Origin: Candidatus Heimdallarchaeota archaeon
GTDB taxonomy: Archaea > Asgardarchaeota > Heimdallarchaeia > Heimdallarchaeales > Heimdallarchaeaceae
Direction: 5' to 3'
Length of the DNA stretch: 64,000 nucleotides
NCBI GenBank assembly: GCA_018238545.1
Contig: JABCTC010000005.1
Coordinates: 1 to 64,000, forward strand
The translations under genes were made by a program, and so were the position numbers. This document shows, piece by piece, positions 18,261-28,065 of the stretch. The notes beneath the pieces are model-generated. The model saw only the letters and a list, made by a program, of their open reading frames with translations. It had not been told where the DNA came from and did no database searches. Numbering within the stretch: the first letter of the stretch is position 1; each line of letters begins with the position of its first letter.

Positions 18261-20162
18261 AGGAAGGAGAGTACCTTGGAGGGAAGCGATATTATGAGCA
18301 GCGTTATTATGAGTGTTGACGACTTGACCACATTTACCACAAGGGGCAAAATCATATGGACCTGAACCAGGTTGACGGAGAATAGCCCCTCCACAAGTGT
18401 GGTGAATACTGCTGGTATGGTAAGGGTTGACAGTCTCTAAGCAGATATCGTAACCTAACTCAAGTGAAGCCAACCAGACAGCTTTCTTGTAAATGTAAAG
18501 GTTATCAGGCATGGTGTAGATAGCTTTAGCTAACGCTCCTTTAGCTCCAGTAGGGTCAGTTGTCAACTCCTCAATCTTCAGAGTCCGACACCTCTTCTTA
18601 ATCATCACCGCAGCTAAGAAGTGGGGTAAACGACGAGTAATCTCACGAAGTAAACGACTCCGACGTCTATAGACTCTGTTGAGTTCTCCCTTGAGTTTAC
18701 AACTGCCAAGAATGTCGTATTCTTTACGTTTGCGGAGGAAACCGAGGTTGAGCTCTTCTAGGACTTTCTCTAGATGTTTGTAACGTTCAGCCAACTTCAT
18801 CAAATCCTTAGGAACTGAAACGGGGGGGTTAAACGCTACCATAAACTCTCCTAAACGGTTGATGTCTACCCCTATAACTTGCTTCCTCTTTTTAGGAATC
18901 TTAGGGAGGTATGTATGGAGGAGTTTATGAGAGTGGAAACAGTCATGTGTCCCTTCTAAGACCACATCTACAGGGGGTTTGAAACTGGGAGCACTGCCAC
19001 TACTTATTTGGAAAACTTTTATCTCTGCACCATTCTTCAAATACTCTCGTACTTTGGGAGGGAACAAAACTTGAGCTGTTAGTTTCTTCTTCCCCATTTG
19101 TGGAAAGCCTAAGGTGGTAGTTCCATGGTTCTTTACTTGTCTGGTCAAATCTTTTGCATTCCCTTCGCGGGTGATAACATACTCTTTCTTCATTAACAAT
19201 TTAATTGGTAATCTTCCATGTTTTTTACGTTTGAATGGTGGGGGAACAAGTCTGGCTACAGGTAAGCCTTGTAATAACTGAGGGACACTCTGCATGAACT
19301 GGTCAAAGAGTGTGAAAACTACCACTTGCCTTACGGCAGAGAAGAGTTTTCGAGTAGGTTTACCTATAAGTTTGGCTAGTTCCTTAGCTAATTTTTTGAG
19401 ACTTTTCCAACGAGAAGGTTGAAAGCTGTTGATCCACGAGGTGAGAAAAGGTGCAACTACTTGTTGCTCCTTTTTTAAGAGCTGGAGTTTGTTCATGAAC
19501 GCTTGCTGGTTCCTCGTGAGAGTGGGTAGTTGTGAGAAAGTAGTAGTATGGTAAGCTAATGCGTCGTCAATCGCTTGCACCACATCATGTTGCTTGTAAG
19601 TGGGTAAAGCCCCATTGAAGACTAACGCATTGGAGAAATAATAGTTCCTCTGTTTCTTCTTGTTGTAGCTGTCCAGTTGCATTCTAGAACTTGTCAGAAG
19701 ATTAATGATGTATCTTCTCTGTAGTCGCCAATATTTCCCCAGACTGCTTTCAGTATAAGGCGAACGACCAAAGACCATCCACTCCACCAGTTGTTGAGGG
19801 TTCTTATGCAAGAAATTGAGCAATCCCTGCACTTTCTGCTCTTTGTCTATCTTCCCTTTCACTGCTATCTGGAGCCAGTGGTAAGCGCTCTCAGCGATGT
19901 TAGGATTCTTCCCCACCGCTTTCCCTACTTGGCGAACAAAGAAGCGTTCTTTGGGGTTAGAACGATAGAGGTCTAAAGCTTTTTTGACCACATCTTGACC
20001 GAGAAGGTCGTGTTGTCTCTCTTCTAACCTTCGTACTCGTCGGTTAATTTCTTCTCGTTGAGATGGTGAGACACACTTCAGCGCTACCTGATAACTCCTC
20101 ATCACCTTGTCTAAGTTAATAGGGGGAGAAGTTTTAGAGGTACTTGCTGCTTGTGTGCCCAT
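18219..20162 (-). CDS. tnpB: Large (647 aa) TnpB/Cas12-like RuvC protein
   Basis: RuvC-I VIGVDIN, RuvC-II LKIEEL, VNPYHTS, Zn finger HxxC...CxxC, RuvC-III-like NTHNNAAHNI; long N-terminal extension. Confidence 0.85.
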   Translation of the reverse strand: MGTQAASTSKTSPPINLDKVMRSYQVALKCVSPSQREEINRRVRRLEERQHDLLGQDVVKKALDLYRSNPKERFFVRQVGKAVGKNPNIAESAYHWLQIAVKGKIDKEQKVQGLLNFLHKNPQQLVEWMVFGRSPYTESSLGKYWRLQRRYIINLLTSSRMQLDSYNKKKQRNYYFSNALVFNGALPTYKQHDVVQAIDDALAYHTTTFSQLPTLTRNQQAFMNKLQLLKKEQQVVAPFLTSWINSFQPSRWKSLKKLAKELAKLIGKPTRKLFSAVRQVVVFTLFDQFMQSVPQLLQGLPVARLVPPPFKRKKHGRLPIKLLMKKEYVITREGNAKDLTRQVKNHGTTTLGFPQMGKKKLTAQVLFPPKVREYLKNGAEIKVFQISSGSAPSFKPPVDVVLEGTHDCFHSHKLLHTYLPKIPKKRKQVIGVDINRLGEFMVAFNPPVSVPKDLMKLAERYKHLEKVLEELNLGFLRKRKEYDILGSCKLKGELNRVYRRRSRLLREITRRLPHFLAAVMIKKRCRTLKIEELTTDPTGAKGALAKAIYTMPDNLYIYKKAVWLASLELGYDICLETVNPYHTSSIHHTCGGAILRQPGSGPYDFAPCGKCGQVVNTHNNAAHNIASLQGTLLPSDLFPSTHVRGTI

Positions 20163-20214
20163 CTTCTACTCGTACGTATAATCCTTAAATTGCTATTTAA
20201 ACCCGAGAAAAACC

Positions 20215-20814
20215 TCAATTGTCTGGTGGTGCTTTTCCTCTCCTCTGTCTGTGCAACCTCCCTGCAAAAGAGGTGACGAGAGCGATCATATCTTCTACCA
20301 GTTTGTTCTCCGCTGCTTTCTCTTCTCGTTGATATATGGGGATAACTTTCGTGTCAAAAGTTTGGCAGAATTAGTTGATCACCTTCGTTCCAAACCTCGC
20401 TATCCTATCTCTATATGTACAAATGACAGCAAAAGGCTGCTGCGTTGCTACTGCTTTCAGAAGTGAGTGTAAACCTTTTCTCTGGTCATTCATCCCCGAA
20501 GCAATATCAGTAAAGATCCTTCCCACTTTCCACCCTTGTTGGTGAGCAAAAGACCGTAGATGTTCTTGCTGGGTCTCCAGTTCTTTCTACTGTTTTGCCC
20601 CACTTACTCTCGCGTATCCCAGCACCATCTGGTTGTGCTGAGGGTTGTCTTCCCCCTCTTGTTCTTCTTCTCCTAACATCTGGGAGAGTTTGTATCTCCT
20701 GTGCCCTCCTCTTGTCCTCCCATAAGGGAGTATTTTCTCTTCCCTCTCCCACCTTCTCATAGTACTCGCAGATACTCCTTGTATGGATGCTGCTTTGCCA
20801 ATTCTTACCAACAT
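20215..20814 (-). pseudogene. tnpA: IS607 TnpA serine recombinase (MerR-HTH plus resolvase), interrupted by two in-frame stops
   Basis: GVSASTMRRWE..RTRGGHRRY, GYARVS, DIASG, YRDRIARFG and LVEDMIALVTSFAGRL are all in one frame; TAG at 20587-20589, TAA at 20371-20373. Confidence 0.92.
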
Positions 20815-20963
20815 AGTTCTGCTTTTGTTGAATCTTCAAAAATTCTTTTACTTCTTTTGGCAAGATTGAGCACTATTTTCTTCAGCAGTTGTCAACAGTA
20901 TTTAAGACAGAATAGTCCAATAATATCATAATGGTTTTTACTAATAAATAGGAGAGTATAATA

Positions 20964-21959
20964 TTGAAATATAGAAAAGTTGGAAAATCAGGACTTAAAA
21001 TTAGTGAGATATCTCTTGGTTCTTGGTTAACATATGGTGGTACAGTAGAAGACGAAATAGCCAAGAAATGTATTGCAGAAGCAATTGAGAATGGAATAAA
21101 TTTCATTGATTCAGCAGAAATATATGCAAAGGGGGGGGCAGAAAAAGTTATAGCTGACTTCCTCAAGGACGAGACAGTTAACAGAAAAGATCTCGTAATC
21201 TCAAGCAAATTATTCTGGCCAATGTCAGAAAACATAAATGATTGGGGATTAGGCAGAAAAAACGTAATGAACGCAATTGATGGAACATTAGAACGGTTAA
21301 ATACAGACTATGTTGATATCTATTATTGTCATAGATATGACTATTTGACTCCATTAAAAGAAACTGTTCAAGTCATGGATGATTTAATTAAAAGTGGCAA
21401 GATATTATATTGGGGTACAAGTGTATGGACAGCTGCACAATTAGAAAGAGCCGTTGCAATTGCAAAGGAATTTCATGCTCATAAACCCACGGTTGAACAA
21501 CCTCTTTACAATATGTTTGTAAGACACATCGAAATGGAAATCATGCCCGTCGCGAAGACTCATGGTATTGGTTTCACAGTATGGTCTCCATTAGCACAAG
21601 GACTTCTAACGGGTAAATACAATGAAAAAATACCAGAAGGTAGTAGAGCTTCAAAATCTGAATTTCTTAAGAAAAATCTTACAGATGAAAACATTGCAAA
21701 GATTAAGAAACTAGGAGAAATTGCTAAATCTTTAGATATCTCCATGAGCCAATTAGCTTTAGCATGGATCTTACGACGTCCTGAAATATCATGTGCGATT
21801 ATTGGTGCAACAAAACCAGAACATGTAACAGAAAATGTTAAAGCTTCTGATGTGGTATTTTCAAAAGATATTCTTTTGCAAATTGATCAAGTATTAGACA
21901 ATGAACCAGAATGGCCATTAACTTATAAACCAAATCTATATACTGATAAAATGAGGTGA
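20964..21959 (+). CDS. Aldo/keto reductase (Kv-beta-like subfamily)
   Basis: GKSGLKISEISLGSW, IDSAEIY, SSK, YCHR, EQPLYN, WSPLAQGLLTGKY. Confidence 0.93.
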   Translation: MKYRKVGKSGLKISEISLGSWLTYGGTVEDEIAKKCIAEAIENGINFIDSAEIYAKGGAEKVIADFLKDETVNRKDLVISSKLFWPMSENINDWGLGRKNVMNAIDGTLERLNTDYVDIYYCHRYDYLTPLKETVQVMDDLIKSGKILYWGTSVWTAAQLERAVAIAKEFHAHKPTVEQPLYNMFVRHIEMEIMPVAKTHGIGFTVWSPLAQGLLTGKYNEKIPEGSRASKSEFLKKNLTDENIAKIKKLGEIAKSLDISMSQLALAWILRRPEISCAIIGATKPEHVTENVKASDVVFSKDILLQIDQVLDNEPEWPLTYKPNLYTDKMR

Positions 21960-22035
21960 AGTCTCATTTTTCTCTTTTTCGCTTGAAACTTTATTTCTTT
22001 TTAATTTACAAATGAATTTTAGCCAAAGTAAGCAT

Positions 22036-22968
22036 CTATTTCTTCTTTTTGTCCTTTCGTCTTCTTTTTTCTCGTTCTAATCTTTCTTTCTTATATTTTT
22101 TGAGCATTAGTTTATCCAATTGTTCCTCAGTCAAATTTGGTGGTTTTACTAGAGGTTCAGGATGTTCAATAAGTTCTTTAACCATGTTAATTGTTGGACC
22201 AGTGTAGCTTCCTGGAGCGATTCGATCATCTATACTGATTCTTAGGTCCATCACATTTTTGATTTCTACTTCATCAGTTTCTTCATTTATTAATTGAGCT
22301 TTGTGCATTTTTCCAAAAGTGATTAAAACTCCTGTTGTTCCTAATTCGAAGAGATGATGATAAACGGAATCAACATCAATTGAACCTAAGTGAGCTAGAA
22401 ATGCAGTGGACCACATAGGTATATCCTTTGTAAAAGCGTATATCGGAAAATTGCGTTCATCTGTCCAACGCATAAGCCAGAAAATGAATCTTATGCTCCA
22501 TCTTGGCATTGCACCCCAAAATTTAACATCTTGTTCGTTTTTATTTACACCGAATCGAGACTCATATAGATGGTAGGATACTGTTTTTTGAACGGTTTCC
22601 AGGGTGTCATATGGGTCAAATTCAATCATTGCATTCACTTCCTCCCCATCTTCAGTTTTCTCTTTCTTAACGACAAAAGAGAGAATAATCTGGTTTCTTT
22701 GCCATAATCTTCTTCCAGATACGAACCTGTTTATCTTATAACGCTTAGCTACTGTTCTAACACATGCCGCTAAATAGATTTGAAAAAGGGTTAATTTGTC
22801 TTCTTCAGCTCGACCTTTATTGTACTCTTCCAAAAACGCGCGAGTATGTGTTAAATCAATTTGAGTTTTGCTAAAAATAGTACTATCCAGTTTCTTTCGC
22901 ATAATGTAAAACTCAAGTTCATGAAATTTACTGGTTTTTACTAACTCTGCATCGGGTCTTCTTGTCAT
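22036..22968 (-). CDS. Stand-alone 2-oxoacid dehydrogenase E2 catalytic-domain-like acyltransferase
   Basis: INRFVSGRRLWQRN, FLAHLGSI, YHHL...GT, ISIDDRIAPG; no lipoyl domain. Confidence 0.8.
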   Translation of the reverse strand: MTRRPDAELVKTSKFHELEFYIMRKKLDSTIFSKTQIDLTHTRAFLEEYNKGRAEEDKLTLFQIYLAACVRTVAKRYKINRFVSGRRLWQRNQIILSFVVKKEKTEDGEEVNAMIEFDPYDTLETVQKTVSYHLYESRFGVNKNEQDVKFWGAMPRWSIRFIFWLMRWTDERNFPIYAFTKDIPMWSTAFLAHLGSIDVDSVYHHLFELGTTGVLITFGKMHKAQLINEETDEVEIKNVMDLRISIDDRIAPGSYTGPTINMVKELIEHPEPLVKPPNLTEEQLDKLMLKKYKKERLEREKRRRKDKKKK

Positions 22969-23149
22969 TATTCACAATCTCCTATCTGCTTAACTATAAT
23001 TATCAAATGAAGTATTCGTAAGATAAACGTCTTTTATTTATATGTTTCCTCTAATATTGTAGAAATTTATAGACAAAATATCTTACTGGTTTACAAGTAG
23101 AATTTAGGTCAAAGTGAATATTTATTTGTTGAAAAGAGTTGCTTGATTT

Positions 23150-23560
23150 ATGTCATTAGTTATCTCAGTTGAATTAGATTTAGACCATAGTAGATTTGAA
23201 GAAATTGAAACTGTTACTCGTAATATCCTTTCGGAGCACGGATTTGGAGCATTAACAGAGATAGATGTTAGAGCAACGTTAAAGAAAAAGATAGATGTTG
23301 ATATTCGTCCTTACAAAATTCTCGGTGCGTGTAACCCACCTTTAGCACATCAAGCAATAGAGCTTATGCCTGAAATAGGTGTTCTTCTTCCATGCAATGT
23401 AATTATCTATGAAAATAAAAAAGGGAAAATAATTGTTTCAGCTATGAATCCTGATGTAGCTATGAGTGTTGTAAAAGCAGATGGAATTAAAGAATTAGCT
23501 AGTTCAGTAACAAAAAGTCTAAGAAAGGTCGTTCGTAAGATAGAAGAGCATTTTGCATAA
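23150..23560 (+). CDS. DUF302 domain protein
   Basis: GFG.LTEIDV.ATLKKK, YKILGACNP, IGVLLPCNV. Confidence 0.92.
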   Translation: MSLVISVELDLDHSRFEEIETVTRNILSEHGFGALTEIDVRATLKKKIDVDIRPYKILGACNPPLAHQAIELMPEIGVLLPCNVIIYENKKGKIIVSAMNPDVAMSVVKADGIKELASSVTKSLRKVVRKIEEHFA

Positions 23561-23580
23561 TAAATAGAGAGAAATTAGAG

Positions 23581-24204
23581 TTATTCTGGGGGTCTCTCCA
23601 TCAACCAATGATCTATTTCTGTATCAGGGATAGTTGTTTTGTTTATAACCTCAAATCCATAATGAAGATAAATGTCAACATTAGACCTGCTTTGAGTTTC
23701 TAAAAAGCAATGAACTTTGTCTTGATCTAATCTATTTAACATGGGTCTTAACAGCTTGCTTGCAAATCCTTTTCCCTGAAATTTCGGATCAACGCCTATT
23801 GGAGCTAAATAAAGATGAGGGAAACTCGCGTGTTTTTTATGTAAAGCAGAAGTGAAATCACCTATCTTAGACATTCTTATAATAGCATCTTTTCCAACAG
23901 TGCGGAACAGATTAAAACCTCCTGCTCTCATGTTTCTCCAATTTGTCATTTCAACATTGTCAGAGTAAACCCATACTGCTAAACCCTCTAAATTAGATGA
24001 TGTTGCATAAACTTCACCATAACGTAATCCATACTTTATCCGAAATTGGAAGTAGTGGTACAACTTTTGTTTTCTTGTTTCTTTTTCTGGAAACATCAAT
24101 ATTGCTAAAGAATCTTCAATAAATACTCTCGAAAATAATTCCGCAGCTGAATTTAGATGATTTTTTCTTAATCGACATAGATTTTCAAGTGAATAAGTCA
24201 TCAC
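23581..24204 (-). CDS. GNAT family N-acetyltransferase
   Basis: HLYLAPIGVDPKFQGKGFAS, LET...NV.IY..YGF. Confidence 0.9.
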   Translation of the reverse strand: MMTYSLENLCRLRKNHLNSAAELFSRVFIEDSLAILMFPEKETRKQKLYHYFQFRIKYGLRYGEVYATSSNLEGLAVWVYSDNVEMTNWRNMRAGGFNLFRTVGKDAIIRMSKIGDFTSALHKKHASFPHLYLAPIGVDPKFQGKGFASKLLRPMLNRLDQDKVHCFLETQSRSNVDIYLHYGFEVINKTTIPDTEIDHWLMERPPE

Positions 24205-24260
24205 GAGGATTTGTGTAAAGAGTTATTTAAAACTATACAAAAGAAGGAGAAAAGATAAAT

Positions 24261-25505
24261 TTAAAATTTATCTGTATTCTCTTTAGCCCATTCATCAGGA
24301 TCATATTTTGGAGGCATACATCTCAAAGGTTTATCTGCATAGTATCCAAGAGCATACCTAGCTTGAATGATTTTTTGTATTTCATTAGTGCCTTCGTAGA
24401 TTGTTGCTCCTCTGACATTGCGATAATAGCGAGCAACTGGATAATCATCACAGAAACCATAAGCGCCATGTATCTGTATTGCTCTATCAGCACAACGAAC
24501 TGCAGCATTAGTTGCATACCATTTTGCAAGTGAAGTTTCTCTTGTATTCACTTTACCAAGATTTTTAGTCCAACCTGCTTTCCAAGTTAGCAGTTCAGCT
24601 GCTTCAATATCTGAAACACTATCAGAAATCATTCCTTGAACAAATTGATGTTGTCCAATTTTCTTTCCGAATGTTTCACGTTCATTTGCGTACTCAACCG
24701 CTGCCTCAAGCGAAGCTTTTGCTCCACCAACTGCACCTCCTGCAACAGTATATCTTCCCCAATCAAGCCCAGCCATAGCCACTTTGAATCCCTCATCTGG
24801 TAATCCTAGAAGGTTTTCCTTTGGTACACGAGTCTCATTTAAGTGCATCCAACCAGTTTCGCCTGCTTTAATACCCATCTTGTTTTCAAGATTTCCAGTA
24901 GTTATACCACCAAAATCACGTTCAACAATAAAAGCTCTCATGCCTTTATGACGAACATCTATTTCATAAGCGAAAACTAGAAAGATGTCAGAAGAAACAG
25001 TATAACTAATCCACATTTTTTCTCCATTTATTACCCACTCATCACCATCTAGATAACAAGTTGTTTTAAGTCCAGCAGGATCACTTCCAGCAGAAGCTTC
25101 AGTTAAACCAAATGTACTCATTTTTTCTCCTGTTGCTAACATCGGCAGATATTTTTTCTTCTGCTCCATATCTCCCCATTGCCAAATTGTGGATGTAACT
25201 AGTCCATTATGGACACTTAGAATAACTCTAAAAGCAGTATCTATCCGCTCTAATTCTTCACAGGCAATAGCAAGTGAAATGTAATCAAGTCCTCCTCCGC
25301 CATATTTTACGGGGATGCTTAATCCCAAGATTCCTTGATCAGCCATTTTTTTAAGAATTGGCTTGTGAAAAGTATGAGATTGATCCCATTCCTTGATATG
25401 AGGGGCAATCTCCGCTTCAGCAAATTCCCTTACAGATTGTTTGACCATCTTTTGTGTTTCACTCAGTCCAAAATGTGGTCCTATTTCACTAAGTTGTTCA
25501 TACAT
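24261..25505 (-). CDS. Acyl-CoA dehydrogenase
   Basis: FGLTEASAGSD, INGEKMWIS, RETFGKKIG, AIQIHGAYG, IYEGTNEIQ; ATG 25505 preferred. Confidence 0.95.
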   Translation of the reverse strand: MYEQLSEIGPHFGLSETQKMVKQSVREFAEAEIAPHIKEWDQSHTFHKPILKKMADQGILGLSIPVKYGGGGLDYISLAIACEELERIDTAFRVILSVHNGLVTSTIWQWGDMEQKKKYLPMLATGEKMSTFGLTEASAGSDPAGLKTTCYLDGDEWVINGEKMWISYTVSSDIFLVFAYEIDVRHKGMRAFIVERDFGGITTGNLENKMGIKAGETGWMHLNETRVPKENLLGLPDEGFKVAMAGLDWGRYTVAGGAVGGAKASLEAAVEYANERETFGKKIGQHQFVQGMISDSVSDIEAAELLTWKAGWTKNLGKVNTRETSLAKWYATNAAVRCADRAIQIHGAYGFCDDYPVARYYRNVRGATIYEGTNEIQKIIQARYALGYYADKPLRCMPPKYDPDEWAKENTDKF

Positions 25506-25640
25506 AAATAAACACCAATTATAATTCAACTTTGATTTGCAGTTGGGTGTCTTTAAAAGTTTCTTAATGAATATGAAACACTATATCAAGTACAATTAGT
25601 ATTTTTTGGAAAAATCTATCTACGAAGTATTTCAACTACT

Positions 25641-26060
25641 TCAAATTTTTTTAATAAGTTCTATGAAGAAATCTTCTGAGAAAATATTTGTTTCTGAAGA
25701 AACTAAACTCCACTTTCCTGATTTAATAATCTTTAGAACGCCAACCTCGATTAATTCGTTAATATGGTGCGACACTGTGGATTGTGAGAGACTAAGAATG
25801 TGCTCTATTTCACATGCGCAACGTATCCCATTCATAATTAACCAGAGGATAAGCAATCTATTTTTATTACTTAAAGCTTTGAACAGTTTTAAGACGTTCT
25901 GAATTTTGCTATCGGTTTCCATTCTCAGAACCTCTTGTTCCAGATATTCTAATTTGCTTAATCTTTTCTCTGAATCCTCAATAAAAACACCTTGATCATA
26001 AAGAGCATCTAGCTTGTTTTTTAACTCTTCAACGGAAGCATCATGATTTGAATCTTTCAT
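25641..26060 (-). CDS. arsR: ArsR/SmtB family transcriptional regulator
   Basis: FKALSNKNRLLIL, CACEI, LSQSTVSHHINEL; divergent from the arsP operon. Confidence 0.85.
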   Translation of the reverse strand: MKDSNHDASVEELKNKLDALYDQGVFIEDSEKRLSKLEYLEQEVLRMETDSKIQNVLKLFKALSNKNRLLILWLIMNGIRCACEIEHILSLSQSTVSHHINELIEVGVLKIIKSGKWSLVSSETNIFSEDFFIELIKKI

Positions 26061-26167
26061 AATCCAGTAACAGTTAATTGCATAATTCCATAAAACTTTC
26101 TATAGCAATTAAATTACAAAAATCAACAATAAATTTTGATAACTAAAGGATTTAACAATAAAGTTAT

Positions 26168-26187
26168 ATATCGAGGTTCTTCGATAT
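26168..26187. promoter_or_regulatory. Candidate ArsR operator palindrome
   Basis: atatcga-ggttct-tcgatat overlaps TATA-like ttatata just upstream of the permease start. Confidence 0.7.
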
Positions 26188-26202
26188 GAAATATAGGTAA
26201 AT

Positions 26203-27594
26203 GTGATGTCAGTATTTTGGGAAAAAATCTTGGAAATGCTTTTAGGGGGAGTATATGCCATGGCAGATTATCTTTCCCTTCATGTCCTCCTATGCTTAAT
26301 CCCCGCATTCTTCATAGCTGGAGCGATGATTGTTTTTGTTCCAAAAGAGACTATAGTAAAATACATGGGAAAAGATACACCAAGGATAGTTGCATATCCT
26401 GTTGCAGCAATTTCAGGATTATTATTGGCTGTATGCTCGTGTACAGTATTACCTCTCTTCGCAGGCATTAAGAAAAAGGGAGCAGGACTTGGTCCAGCCA
26501 TGACATTTCTCTTTGCAGCTCCAGCAGTGAATATTCTAGCGATAACCTATACAGGTGTGTTGATAGGAATGGATATAGCTATTGCTAGAGCTATTCTTGC
26601 ATTAGGATTTGCGATAATCATTGGACTACTAATGGAATTAATCTTCAAAGAAAAACCAAAGAATGAAAAATTGAATGACAATGAAGAAAAAATTCTGGAA
26701 GATGAGAACAAAGAGGAGACAGTAGAATTAAAGAAAAAAAACAAAGTTACAGGTAAAGGCGTGTTAAATATCAGTCTTGTGGTTTCATTAATTTTAACAG
26801 GTGTTCTTATAGCTTTTCTGAATCAAAGTAATCTTCAATCATTAGGTGTTAGTAATCCACCTTTAATTCAAACAATCATATGGGGATTTGGATTAGGGAT
26901 ATTAATTGCTTTGTTCTTCATACAAAGAAATACAGAAGTTAATCTGTTTCTTGGATTACTCTATCTACTTTTCACCGGAACATCACAAATAAGCTATTTT
27001 TCAGTCAGTGGATCAAGCACTGAACCAGAAATTTCTCGTTCATTTGAATATTTCACTACTGAAGCATTCAGAGTAGATTTAATGAATATGGGGATAAAAA
27101 CAGCACTTTCATTTGCTGTAGCAATTGCAATAATAATTTACGTGACTATGAGAGTTGATAAGGCAGATACAAAGGAATGGATGACTGAGACATGGACATT
27201 TGTAAAACAGATCTTCCCATATTTGATTATAGGCGTTTTTATAGCTGGATTTTTAGCAGTTCTAATTCCAGCTGATTTTATTCAAGGTTTGGTAGGTAAG
27301 AACACTGTTGTTGCAAATTTAATAGGTGTTCTTTTCGGAGTTGTGGCCTACTTTCCAACACTTATGGAAGTCCCAATTGCAAAACTCTTTCTTAATTTGG
27401 GTATGTCAAGAGGAGTATTATTAGCTTATCTTCTTGCAGATCCTGAACTATCTATTCAAAGTATTCTAGTTACACGAAAATTTATTGGAGATAAGAAAAA
27501 TTTTGTTTATATTCTTCTTGTAATCATCTTTACGGTAATTGCAGGATTATTATTTGGTTTACTAGTATCTAAAGAGCCAATAAGTTTCATTTAA
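26203..27594 (+). CDS. arsP: ArsP/DUF318 family permease
   Basis: HVLLCLIPAFFIAGA, LAVCSCTVLPLFAGI, FLFAAPAVN, YFPTLMEVPI. Confidence 0.9.
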   Translation: MMSVFWEKILEMLLGGVYAMADYLSLHVLLCLIPAFFIAGAMIVFVPKETIVKYMGKDTPRIVAYPVAAISGLLLAVCSCTVLPLFAGIKKKGAGLGPAMTFLFAAPAVNILAITYTGVLIGMDIAIARAILALGFAIIIGLLMELIFKEKPKNEKLNDNEEKILEDENKEETVELKKKNKVTGKGVLNISLVVSLILTGVLIAFLNQSNLQSLGVSNPPLIQTIIWGFGLGILIALFFIQRNTEVNLFLGLLYLLFTGTSQISYFSVSGSSTEPEISRSFEYFTTEAFRVDLMNMGIKTALSFAVAIAIIIYVTMRVDKADTKEWMTETWTFVKQIFPYLIIGVFIAGFLAVLIPADFIQGLVGKNTVVANLIGVLFGVVAYFPTLMEVPIAKLFLNLGMSRGVLLAYLLADPELSIQSILVTRKFIGDKKNFVYILLVIIFTVIAGLLFGLLVSKEPISFI

Positions 27595-27607
27595 ATGAGG
27601 TGTAAAA

Positions 27608-27853
27608 ATGTCAGAAAAAAAACAGATACAGATTATTGGTAAAGGTTGTAAAAAATGTGAAAGGCTTCATGATGAAGTAATTAAAGCTGTTAAGGACACA
27701 GGAAGACCAGAGGAGTATGAAATAACCAAAGTGACTGAAGTTAACAAATTTGCAGATTTAGATATTTTCATCACGCCTGGTTTACGGATTAATGGTCAAG
27801 TTATAAGTGAAGGTCGAGTATTAAGTGCAAATAAGATAAAGGACTACCTCTAA
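27608..27853 (+). CDS. Small thioredoxin-family redox protein (MTH895-like)
   Basis: IIGKGCKKCERL, TPGL.ING...SEG; GAGGTG RBS. Confidence 0.9.
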   Translation: MSEKKQIQIIGKGCKKCERLHDEVIKAVKDTGRPEEYEITKVTEVNKFADLDIFITPGLRINGQVISEGRVLSANKIKDYL

Positions 27854-28065
27854 TAGTACATGTAAAAAAGATTATAGCAAAAATTGGTGTAAATAACAAT
27901 AATGCTTCGTACTTCACAAGTCAGTGTAGTATACACTCAAGTTGGTTCATAAGCAAAAGAATATAGATTAATGTTACTTTGCTCCTTTGCAAAGAATTTT
28001 ATTGGATGAATTAGAAAGTAAGATTTGGGTATAGTAATAATTGGATTGACAGGAGGCCTATATCG

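Larger units (their letters stand above)
18167..20880 (-). mobile_element. IS607-family element (tnpA pseudogene plus oversized tnpB); boundaries approximate
   Basis: Serine-recombinase tnpA upstream of a RuvC gene; visibly higher GC than flanks; aaacttg repeats at 18181-18197; aaacttgccaaa (18191) is inverted relative to tttggcaagatt (20856). Confidence 0.8.

Noticed and set aside
17966-20589. Amber recoding (pyrrolysine) suggested by two in-frame TAG codons
   Set aside because: tnpA also has an in-frame TAA, many intact genes end in TAG, and no pyl genes are in the window.
20507-20931. ORFs 20507-20863(-), 20251-20466(+) and 20701-20931(+) as separate genes or a programmed frameshift
   Set aside because: All TnpA motifs lie in one frame broken only by two stops; these ORFs are shadows.
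18100-20960. CRISPR array associated with the large TnpB/Cas12-like gene
   Set aside because: No repeat-spacer periodicity was seen in the flanks or elsewhere in the window.
27925-27939. Palindrome agtgta-gta-tacact downstream of the thioredoxin gene
   Set aside because: 6-bp arms are expected by chance in AT-rich DNA and no second copy was noticed.
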